NCBI GenBank assembly: GCA_964370465.1
Contig: CAYJJJ010000004.1
Span: 12,643-36,642, forward strand
Source: an uncultured Oscillospiraceae bacterium
Lineage (GTDB): Bacteria > Bacillota > Clostridia > Oscillospirales > Ruminococcaceae
Reading direction: 5' to 3'
Length of the DNA: 24,000 bases
Of the stretch, positions 15,734-23,222 are shown piece after piece (positions within the stretch are counted from its first letter, which is position 1; each line of letters begins with the position of its first letter). The position numbers were made by a program, and so were the translations under genes. The notes beneath the pieces are model-generated. The model did not search any database. It was not told the DNA's origin and saw nothing but the letters and a program-made list of their open reading frames with translations.

Positions 15734-17235
15734 AGCATTCGCACCTTGCGCTCGCCAAGGCTTGCAACTTCATAAAACTCAGCGCCGCCACCTGTTATAT
15801 CGTTAATAACAGCTTCGCCGTTTTTGAATTTCTCCATCTCACTGCGCTTTACAAGGTAGCCCGATATACGGACAACATCGGTATCAGCTGAGTAGAAACT
15901 CATATAGTGAACTCCAGCGGAGAATGCGCCTTTTACAACGTCTACAAGGGATTCTGGGTTATTCACAACGTTTGGAGCTATCGGGAAGATATCGCCAACA
16001 CCAGTTGGGAAGTATTTGTGGAATCTGCCTGAATGGCGAAGATGTGCCGAGAAATCCTCTGGCTCATCGCCTATAGGGATACGAACACCAGCTGAAACAT
16101 TTGTATCAACGCGGCCTAGTCCCACCTGCGCGTGCAGTAGGAATTTTCCGCCTGTAAGAGGAGAGTAGACAGCGTCAAAGCTATTTACAACTTCTTCCAT
16201 CTTATCCATTATGCGAACAGCTAAATCGTCCGCCTCTTTATCAATACCATATTTAAGCCCTTTGTCTTGTAACAGAATATTAACGCACTCAGCAAGCCCT
16301 GTTACACCAAACATAGCAAGAAATCTATCCTTATCCATAAGTCCTTCTTTTATAAGGAAGCTCGACTCAAAAAATCCGCTCTTCTCTACTAAAAAGGTTA
16401 TTCTTTGGTTCATATAGTCGGCAATTATCTCAAGAACTTCAGGCATAAGCTCATTGATGAAATGCTCGACAGAAGTGGCTTCTAATGCAAGTTTTGCAGG
16501 AGTTATTCTTGTGAGGGTATAAGCGCCGCCGCAGTTTGGCAGAATGTTGTAACAACTTGCAACACCGTAGTCGCCGTCGTAGTAGTTTGAATTTGCAACG
16601 TCGTTGCAGATTGCAGGGTTTGAGCTCTTAAGCGACGCTCTAATAGCTTCTGCAAGGAAACTGTCAGGTGTTTTTTCGCTGTTGTATTTTATAGTCCAGT
16701 TTGGAACTGTGCTCTGCATATCGCCGGCAACTTTAAGTAGAAGTCTGCCAGCTCTTGTCTCAACTGGCTCAATTGTTGCGTGACAGAATGAGTCGTTTAT
16801 TGTTTTATCGAGGTAGCTTAAAAACAACTTTAATTTTTTCATAACTTCCTCATCACTCATATCGGTGATAAATGGGTCAATGAGTTTATCAAGTTCACCT
16901 AAAAAAACAGGGAAGTTTGTAATTGAAGGGATATGGCGATACAAAATCATAAGAGAAAAGATAAGCTCGTCAAGGTCAGCTGGTGGTTTTAATCCTAAGA
17001 ACTCACTGCCATTTTTGACAAACTTATGGTAATCAGGCATAGTGTATCTTGGTCGATAGGGAGCAGCGCCCTCCCACAAATCATTAATAGCGCCTGTGTC
17101 GAAAAAGTGCTGAGCTCTCTCTGAGATATTTAAAACAGAGATTGAGTTTTCGGCAATTTTTGCAAGCCCCATAACCTTTTGTTCGTGAGTAAGAGATTTA
17201 CTCGTTACTTTTTCATAAGCTAAATTTGTGTCCAT
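15730..17235 (-). CDS. yjjI: Putative glycyl-radical enzyme, YjjI-like family, paralog 2
   Basis: The ORF track extends to a TTG at 17256. I prefer the ATG at 17235 (MDTNLAYEKVTSKSLTHEQKVMGLA), which aligns with the paralog 1 N-terminus (MDSNFAYNILTSQTLTHEQKVMGLA) and has AAAGGAA upstream. The C-terminal motif is DVVRISGYLVKR. Blocks shared with paralog 1 are NPAICND, SCYNILP and DIFPIA. Confidence 0.65.
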   Translation of the reverse strand: MDTNLAYEKVTSKSLTHEQKVMGLAKIAENSISVLNISERAQHFFDTGAINDLWEGAAPYRPRYTMPDYHKFVKNGSEFLGLKPPADLDELIFSLMILYRHIPSITNFPVFLGELDKLIDPFITDMSDEEVMKKLKLFLSYLDKTINDSFCHATIEPVETRAGRLLLKVAGDMQSTVPNWTIKYNSEKTPDSFLAEAIRASLKSSNPAICNDVANSNYYDGDYGVASCYNILPNCGGAYTLTRITPAKLALEATSVEHFINELMPEVLEIIADYMNQRITFLVEKSGFFESSFLIKEGLMDKDRFLAMFGVTGLAECVNILLQDKGLKYGIDKEADDLAVRIMDKMEEVVNSFDAVYSPLTGGKFLLHAQVGLGRVDTNVSAGVRIPIGDEPEDFSAHLRHSGRFHKYFPTGVGDIFPIAPNVVNNPESLVDVVKGAFSAGVHYMSFYSADTDVVRISGYLVKRSEMEKFKNGEAVINDITGGGAEFYEVASLGERKVRML

Positions 17236-17236
17236 A

Positions 17237-17929
17237 CTAGTTTCCTTTCTTTTCAATAAGCCTTATAAGTTTATTATATTCATCTTCACTGAGATGTATT
17301 TTACCACGTTTTAGTCGAATTGTCTTTTCATCACTCAACTTTTTTATTGCTCTGTTTGTGCTTCGGGTTGAAATTCCAAGTTTTTCAGCTATTTCGTTTC
17401 GATTTTGGTTGACATAAACATCTGCAGTTTCTTCATCTTCATAGTAGGAGATGAGAAATCGAATGAGTCGCTCTGTTGCCGATAAGAATATTGTCTGTTG
17501 AGTTACAGCTCCCTGCCAAAGCAAGACATTTAGAATTCGCCTTGTCCGATGAAGCATTATCTCGGTGTCACTGGTTAACCAGCTCATATAATCCTCGAGA
17601 TTTATCCGAAGGAAGTCGCAGTCGCTCTTTGCAATAACATCGACGATAATTTTATCAGTGCCTATTAAAAGCTCATACTCACAGAACAGCTCAGGGTCTG
17701 TAAAGTCGTGTGATGCAAAACTTCCAAATCCCTCTTGATTTGTAATAGTTGCGACTCTGCCAGAAAGCATAAACCATATATACCGAACATCATCGTCAAA
17801 GCGGAGAATATAGTCGCCTTTTTTAAATTGAACAAGTTTGATGCTCACATCAGAGAGGAAATCCCCTAAAACACTTTTGGCTGCTTTTGTTAAATTGTTG
17901 TTGCTGTTTAGAAATTCACAATACTTCAT
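17237..17929 (-). CDS. Crp/Fnr-family transcriptional regulator
   Basis: 230 aa. The N-terminal cNMP-binding-like barrel contains FKKGDYILRFDDDVRYIWFMLSGRV. The C-terminal HTH is RNEIAEKLGISTRSTNRAIKKLSDEKTI. No FNR-type N-terminal Cys cluster is present. The stop lies 1 nt before the ATG of the downstream glycyl-radical enzyme gene. Confidence 0.8.
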   Translation of the reverse strand: MKYCEFLNSNNNLTKAAKSVLGDFLSDVSIKLVQFKKGDYILRFDDDVRYIWFMLSGRVATITNQEGFGSFASHDFTDPELFCEYELLIGTDKIIVDVIAKSDCDFLRINLEDYMSWLTSDTEIMLHRTRRILNVLLWQGAVTQQTIFLSATERLIRFLISYYEDEETADVYVNQNRNEIAEKLGISTRSTNRAIKKLSDEKTIRLKRGKIHLSEDEYNKLIRLIEKKGN

Positions 17930-18070
17930 AAATTAATTCTTTCAAGATTATCTATATTACAAATACAGTATATCACTAACATTTTAATAAAAATAGGACA
18001 TGTGGCATAAAATATATTTTTCTATTATTGTGACAAAACAGGGAAGGGTAGATTGGGCATTTTGACATAT

Positions 18071-18099
18071 AAAAAACCCTGTGTAATACAGGGTTTTTT
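18071..18099. terminator. Bidirectional intrinsic terminator after pyrE
   Basis: AAAAAACCCTGT-GTAAT-ACAGGGTTTTTT: 8-bp stem AACCCTGT/ACAGGGTT, with an A-run on one side and a T-run on the other. Confidence 0.8.
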
Positions 18100-18190
18100 C
18101 CATAGTCTGGCAATTGTTGGATTTAATGTTTTAGGTTGCAATTCAAAACTTATTTAGTTATGAAAATATATGCATTTCATGAAACATTAA

Positions 18191-18853
18191 TTAAACAACA
18201 CAGTATTTCTCCATATAGCTATCCATTAGTGGGAGATATTTTGAAAACTCAGCGCTATCTTTGAGGTACTCACGGATATCGCGAACATCAACAATTGAAT
18301 GAACTTTAATACCAAATTCGCAGAAAACCTCGTCAACTGCTGTTTTATCGCTGTTTTGTCCTATCTCACATCTGTTAACTGTGATAAACATGTGGGGGAT
18401 AGTGACATTTCCGCAGTTTTGAAGTATCGGCACTACCTCACGAATAGCGGTGCCTGCTGTGATAACATCTTCGATAATGATTATTCTGTCGCCATCTTTT
18501 GGAGTGTACCCAACTAAAACGCCGCCCTCGCCGTGGTCTTTAACCTCTTTTCTGTTAAAGAAAAATGGCTTATCTATCCCGTGGTTTCTTGCGAGCGCAC
18601 CTGAAGTTGTGGTGGCAAGGGGGATGCCTTTATATGCGGGGCCGAAGAGTGCGCTATAATTATCAGTACATTTTTCAACAATAAGGTCAGCATAAAACTC
18701 ACCGAGTTTTGAAATTTGTTGTCCTGTTTTATAGTTTCCGCTGTTTATAAAGTATGGTGTGTTGCGTCCGCTTTTTGTGACGAAGTCGCCAAAGCGCAGA
18801 ACATCTGCCGATAGCATAAAGTTTATAAATTCAATTTTCTTTTCTGAGAGCAT
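18191..18853 (-). CDS. pyrE: Orotate phosphoribosyltransferase
   Basis: The ORF track starts at 18865. I prefer the ATG at 18853 (MLSEKKIEFI...), preceded by GGAGG plus 5 nt. Motifs: RFGDFVTKSGRNTPYF, LFGPAYKGIPLATTT, NRKEVKDHGEGG, and the PRPP loop IIIIEDVITAGTAIRE. Confidence 0.93.
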   Translation of the reverse strand: MLSEKKIEFINFMLSADVLRFGDFVTKSGRNTPYFINSGNYKTGQQISKLGEFYADLIVEKCTDNYSALFGPAYKGIPLATTTSGALARNHGIDKPFFFNRKEVKDHGEGGVLVGYTPKDGDRIIIIEDVITAGTAIREVVPILQNCGNVTIPHMFITVNRCEIGQNSDKTAVDEVFCEFGIKVHSIVDVRDIREYLKDSAEFSKYLPLMDSYMEKYCVV

Positions 18854-18894
18854 AAAAACCTCCATTTATTTTTTGTAGCCTTTTTTAACACAAC

Positions 18895-18922
18895 AAAAAC
18901 CCCACACAAAAAAGTGTGGGGG
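18895..18922 (-). terminator. Intrinsic terminator after rpsR
   Basis: Minus-strand RNA CCCCCACAC-UUUUUU-GUGUGGGG followed by UUUUU. Plus-strand coordinates: CCCCACAC 18900-18907 and GTGTGGGG 18914-18921. Confidence 0.8.
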
Positions 18923-18929
18923 ATTTTAA

Positions 18930-19184
18930 TTAGTCAGCTGAGAATGGTAGTAGTGCAACGTGACGAGCACGCTTAACAGCAATAGTTAAAATTCTCTGAT
19001 GTTTAGCACATGTTCCTGTTACACGGCGAGGTATTATTTTACCACGCTCTGAAACGTATCTGCGAAACTTTGCTACATCCTTATAATCGAGTGATTCAAT
19101 TTTTTCTGCGCAAAATCCGCAGACTTTTTTACGAGGGCGTCTGTTTTGACGTCCGCCTCTTTCATTTCTATCCTGTCTGTCCAA
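18930..19184 (-). CDS. rpsR: 30S ribosomal protein S18
   Basis: 84 aa. [60 protein letters not shown] is canonical S18. Confidence 0.97.
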   Translation of the reverse strand: MDRQDRNERGGRQNRRPRKKVCGFCAEKIESLDYKDVAKFRRYVSERGKIIPRRVTGTCAKHQRILTIAVKRARHVALLPFSAD

Positions 19185-19206
19185 GATATTTCCTCCTTAA
19201 ACTCTT

Positions 19207-19656
19207 TTAAAAGGGAAGATCGTCTTGCGAATCGTCAACATCTATAAAATCTTCGCTGTTGCCAACCGAAAACGATGGGGCTTGATACCCTTCTTCCACA
19301 CTTGGAGCGGGAGCTCTATACTCCGAGCCACCCTGCGGCTTACTGTCTACAAAATGAACGTTGTTTGCAACTACTTCGGTAGCGGTTCGCTTATTACCTT
19401 CTTTATCCTGATAACTTCTCGATTGAATATTTCCCTCAAGACCTATCATTCGTCCCTTTTCAAAGTACTTTGCAACAAACTCTGCTGTATTTCTCCAAGC
19501 GACACAGTTGATAAAATCAGCCTGACGCTCAGTACCAGCTTTTTGGTATCCTCTGTCAACAGCTACTGTAAAAGAAGCGACAGATACACCGTTTGGAGTG
19601 GTGCGCAGTTCGGGATCTCTTGTTAGTCTACCTGTTAGTACAACTACATTAAGCAT
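19207..19656 (-). CDS. ssb: Single-stranded DNA-binding protein
   Basis: 149 aa. OB-fold N-terminus MLNVVVLTGRLTRDPELRTTPNGVSVASFTVAV. Gly/Pro/acidic tail ending in DDLPF. It lies in the conserved rpsF-ssb-rpsR context. Confidence 0.96.
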   Translation of the reverse strand: MLNVVVLTGRLTRDPELRTTPNGVSVASFTVAVDRGYQKAGTERQADFINCVAWRNTAEFVAKYFEKGRMIGLEGNIQSRSYQDKEGNKRTATEVVANNVHFVDSKPQGGSEYRAPAPSVEEGYQAPSFSVGNSEDFIDVDDSQDDLPF

Positions 19657-19670
19657 AGTATATCCTCCAA

Positions 19671-19955
19671 TTACACTTCTTTTCTGATAACTAAATGACG
19701 TAGTATGCCGTCGGTTATTTTGATAACTCGGTTGAACTCTGCAGGGAAACCACTGTCAGCTTCAAAGTTAACAATAACATAATAACCTTCGCCCTCGTCG
19801 TTAATCTCATAAGCGAGTTTTCTTTTACCCCACTCGTCAACAGATTCAACAGCACCGTGTTTTGAGATTAGTTTTGTAACTTTCTCAAGAGTAGCTGCGA
19901 TACCGTCTTCGGGTAAAGTCGCGCTTATGACAACAACAGCTTCGTATTTTGTCAT
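19671..19955 (-). CDS. rpsF: 30S ribosomal protein S6
   Basis: 94 aa. MTKYEAVVVI...WGKRKLAYEINDEGEGYYVIVNFEA is canonical S6. RBS AAAGGAGGTG lies upstream. Confidence 0.96.
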   Translation of the reverse strand: MTKYEAVVVISATLPEDGIAATLEKVTKLISKHGAVESVDEWGKRKLAYEINDEGEGYYVIVNFEADSGFPAEFNRVIKITDGILRHLVIRKEV

Positions 19956-20029
19956 ATTTACACCTCCTTTTGGACTTTGGCTCCTTTAATAAGGAGCAAG
20001 GATTTATACATTTTTTAACGTACTAAAAA

Positions 20030-20058
20030 ATTATAGCACAATTTGTATATTTTGTCAA
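20030..20058 (-). promoter_or_regulatory. Sigma-A type promoter of the rpsF-ssb-rpsR operon
   Basis: On the minus strand: TTGACA (20058-20053), 17-nt spacer, TATAAT (20035-20030). This is a perfect consensus. The -35 overlaps the galU stop codon. Confidence 0.7.
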
Positions 20059-20924
20059 AGAGTTTTCGCAATATCCTTTAGATACTCTCTAAAGCTCTCC
20101 CCAATTTCGGGGTGGGAGAGCGCTGTTTCAACAGAAGCTTGCATAATGCCAAGCTTATTTCCCATATCATATCTTGTTGACTTGTAATTAACGCCAATCA
20201 TTCCATCTCTGTTTGCTAAAACTTTCATAGCGTCGGTGAGCTGAATTTCGCCGCCGGCACCAGGAGGGGTTGTTTTTAAAATCTCGAATATTTCAGGAGA
20301 GAGAACAACTCGTCCGAGAATTGAAAAGAGGCTTTTCTCTTCGCCGGGAGCAGGTTTTTCAATCATGTCGCTAATTTCATATAGACCATCTGGCAGGGGA
20401 GCTGTATCGAGGGAGCTGTATTTAGAAATGTCCGCTTTTGGCACCTCTTTAATTCCAGCCACAGATTTGTTGTACTTAATATATCCATCGATTAGCTCTT
20501 TTGTTGCGGGTGTCTCACCGATAACAACATCATCGCCATAGAGGATAGCAAAAGGCTCGCCACCGACAAAATTTTCAGCGCAGAGGATAGCGTGGCCAAG
20601 GCCTTTCATCTCTTTTTGGCGAACAAAGGTGATGTTTGCAAGGTTTGCAGGGTCAACTATGCTCTTTAAAAGTGCATGTTTCTCAGGGGTCTGAAGTCGG
20701 CGCTCAAGCTCTTCATGTCTATCAAAATGATCTTCAATGGCGCTCTTTCCCTTTGAAATAATAATTAGAATATCTGTTATACCGCTTGCCACAGCCTCTT
20801 CAACAATATATTGAATAGCTGGTTTATCGACAATTGGAAACATCTCTTTTGGTATTGCTTTTGTCGCGGGCAGAACCCTTGTTCCAAATCCCGCCGCTGG
20901 AATAACTGCTTTTGTTATCTTCAT
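20055..20924 (-). CDS. galU: UTP--glucose-1-phosphate uridylyltransferase
   Basis: 289 aa. KAVIPAAGFGTRVLPATKAIPKEMFPIVDKPAIQYIVEEA is the GalU signature. The ATG overlaps the upstream stop by 4 nt. Confidence 0.93.
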   Translation of the reverse strand: MKITKAVIPAAGFGTRVLPATKAIPKEMFPIVDKPAIQYIVEEAVASGITDILIIISKGKSAIEDHFDRHEELERRLQTPEKHALLKSIVDPANLANITFVRQKEMKGLGHAILCAENFVGGEPFAILYGDDVVIGETPATKELIDGYIKYNKSVAGIKEVPKADISKYSSLDTAPLPDGLYEISDMIEKPAPGEEKSLFSILGRVVLSPEIFEILKTTPPGAGGEIQLTDAMKVLANRDGMIGVNYKSTRYDMGNKLGIMQASVETALSHPEIGESFREYLKDIAKTL

Positions 20925-21871
20925 GCTACAACTCCTCCTGATAAACTCATATATATTGCCGGTATCATTCCGCTGAAAAAAGCGATGTAAATAATAGCTA
21001 AACCTACTAAACAGGCAATCGCCGCAAAGGTACTGACGCCACCTTTTTTATAAATAGCTGTTTTTCTTGCATTTTCATCGGGGTAGCCTGCAGCGTTTAT
21101 AGCTTTTATATCCGAAATGACCCTTTTCTTATAGAGCTTGTTTGCGAGAAACAGAGGGGCGAAATTCGCGGCGATACCAATAATCCAAATTATCAGCGAT
21201 ACCACACCTATACTGCTCACTTCCATTATAATTTGATAGAATTCCGGCAGAAAAGATAGGTTTATGTTTGGGTATATAGTTGATGGATTTTGTAAAAAGT
21301 AGGTGAGAGATGTCACTGTTCCCAATATTGCAAGGATAATACCATATAGGTACTCTTTTCTATAAAATAGATAAATCGGACCTAAAAAAAACGCTGCAAA
21401 GTTGAACATTGGTCGGTTATGCTCAAACGAACTTATGAAATAGTGGCTATTTTTCTGGGTGTATGCTTCGATGTCCGCAGCAGAAACACCATCGATTTTT
21501 CTCTCAGGGTCACGGTAAACAGGCTGATAACCAAACGGAGTGAATGGTGGTTGCTGTTGTTGTCCGCCAAACTGGTTTGGTTGTTGATTGTTTGCGAAAA
21601 CAGGTGTTGCGCAGTTTGGGCAGAATAGCGCGGTATCGGAAAGTGAATGGTTGCAGTTTTTGCAGGTAAGTGATTTACCCTCCGCCTCATATGTAACAGA
21701 AGGTTCACGCTCATAAATAAAGCCCTCAGCATGGAATTCGTCGTTTGCGCATCTACCATTTTCAGAGTAACAGTTTCTGTGGTGAGGGGTACCGCAAGTT
21801 GGGCAAACTACCTTTGTGGGGTTATCTATTTCATTTTGACATATAGGGCAGGTATCTTTTTTATTTATCAT
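20921..21871 (-). CDS. Membrane protein with N-terminal prokaryotic RING-like zinc finger, second zinc ribbon, Q/P-rich linker and DUF2628-like multi-TM C-terminus
   Basis: 316 aa. CPICQNEI...VCPTCGTPHHRNCYSENGRCAN is RING-like. CKNCNHSL...FCPNCATP is a zinc ribbon. The linker is NNQQPNQFGGQQQQPPF. FNFAAFFLGPIYLFYRKEYLYG plus further hydrophobic helices resemble DUF2628. The domain names come from memory, not from a search. Confidence 0.7.
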   Translation of the reverse strand: MINKKDTCPICQNEIDNPTKVVCPTCGTPHHRNCYSENGRCANDEFHAEGFIYEREPSVTYEAEGKSLTCKNCNHSLSDTALFCPNCATPVFANNQQPNQFGGQQQQPPFTPFGYQPVYRDPERKIDGVSAADIEAYTQKNSHYFISSFEHNRPMFNFAAFFLGPIYLFYRKEYLYGIILAILGTVTSLTYFLQNPSTIYPNINLSFLPEFYQIIMEVSSIGVVSLIIWIIGIAANFAPLFLANKLYKKRVISDIKAINAAGYPDENARKTAIYKKGGVSTFAAIACLVGLAIIYIAFFSGMIPAIYMSLSGGVVA

Positions 21872-21944
21872 AAATGTCCTCTTTAAAATAATTTCTTTAA
21901 ATATAAAGACTATTATACAACATTTATCTGCAAAAATAAACTAC

Positions 21945-21973
21945 TTTACATTGCATAATTTAAATAATATAAT
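21945..21973 (+). promoter_or_regulatory. Candidate sigma-A promoter of prfB
   Basis: TTTACA (21945-21950), 17-nt spacer, TATAAT (21968-21973), about 30 nt upstream of the GTG start. Confidence 0.5.
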
Positions 21974-22004
21974 ATAGTACAGAACTTAGAAACGGAGAAA
22001 ATAC

Positions 22005-23111
22005 GTGATAGAGCTTATTGAACTAAAACAAAAACTGCAAAATACAGCAGGAGAGCTTCAAAATATTGAAGAAGCGCTCGATATTAAAGGGGCGAGGAAT
22101 CAGGTTGTACAGCTTGAGGAGCAAACCGCCGATCCGAACTTCTATTCGGATATTGAAAATTCGGGTAAAATTTTAAAGCAGATATCAGACCTTAAAAATA
22201 AAATAGCAAACTTTGAGTCGCTCGCATCTCTTTTTGAAGATACTATAACTCTTATAGAAATAGCTGTTGAAGAGGACGATGCGGAGTATATCGACGAGTG
22301 CAAAAGCAGTGCTGACAGCTTTTTTAGTAGGCTTGAGCAGTTAAATTTAGAAACACTTCTAAACGGTGAATATGATAAAAACAACGCTATCATGGCGTTT
22401 CACAGTGGCGCTGGCGGAACTGAGGCGCAGGACTGGGTCGAGATGCTTTATCGAATGTATTCAAAATACTCATCAAAAAAGGACTTCAAATTCAAAGTGC
22501 TCGATTACCTCGACGGTGACGAGGCGGGGATTAAGAGTGCAACTGTTTTGGTTGAGGGGTATAATGCTTATGGGTTTTTAAAAAGCGAGGCTGGAGTTCA
22601 TCGCCTTGTCCGCATTTCACCTTTTGACTCATCTGGAAGACGACATACATCTTTTGCATCAGTTGAAGTACTGCCTGAAATATCAGACGATACCGTCATC
22701 GAGATAAATCCAGAGGACTTGAGAATTGACACCTACCGAGCAGGTGGTGCAGGCGGTCAGCACGTTAACAAAACAGAGTCGGCAGTGCGTATAACCCATC
22801 TGCCAACGGGGATAGTTGTTGCCTGCCAAAACGAGCGAAGCCAGCATCAGAACAGAGATGTTGCGATGAAAATGCTAAAATCAAAGCTTATTGAGATTAA
22901 AGAGCGCGAGCACCTTGATAAAATTGAGGATATAAAAGGTGAGCAGCAGCAGATAGCTTGGGGAAGTCAGATTAGAAGCTATGTATTTATGCCTTATACA
23001 CTTGCAAAAGATCATCGCACAAGCTTTGAGAGCGGTAACATAAATGCAGTAATGGACGGCGAAATAGACGGCTTTATCAATGAGTATCTAAAACAGCAGA
23101 GCCTTAAGTAA
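22005..23111 (+). CDS. prfB: Peptide chain release factor 2 (contiguous ORF, no programmed frameshift)
   Basis: 368 aa. SPF tripeptide in VRISPFDSSGRRHTSF, which is RF2-specific. GGQ motif in YRAGGAGGQHVNKTESAVRITHLPTG. GTG start with GGAG 7 nt upstream. Confidence 0.95.
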   Translation: MIELIELKQKLQNTAGELQNIEEALDIKGARNQVVQLEEQTADPNFYSDIENSGKILKQISDLKNKIANFESLASLFEDTITLIEIAVEEDDAEYIDECKSSADSFFSRLEQLNLETLLNGEYDKNNAIMAFHSGAGGTEAQDWVEMLYRMYSKYSSKKDFKFKVLDYLDGDEAGIKSATVLVEGYNAYGFLKSEAGVHRLVRISPFDSSGRRHTSFASVEVLPEISDDTVIEINPEDLRIDTYRAGGAGGQHVNKTESAVRITHLPTGIVVACQNERSQHQNRDVAMKMLKSKLIEIKEREHLDKIEDIKGEQQQIAWGSQIRSYVFMPYTLAKDHRTSFESGNINAVMDGEIDGFINEYLKQQSLK

Positions 23112-23222
23112 TGGTTTGTGCCCTGTTTGTAAGAAAATAAGAGTTTAAAAGGTTTGTGATTTACTTGATTATAAAACACCGAAACAGCCTTGTAAAAAAC
23201 AAAATGAAAAGGAAAATTATTT

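Noticed and set aside
15730-17256. Longer version of the second glycyl-radical enzyme ORF, starting at a TTG that overlaps the regulator gene by 20 nt
   Set aside because: The paralog alignment and an AAAGGAA RBS support the ATG at 17235. The extra MKRKETS extension has no counterpart in paralog 1.
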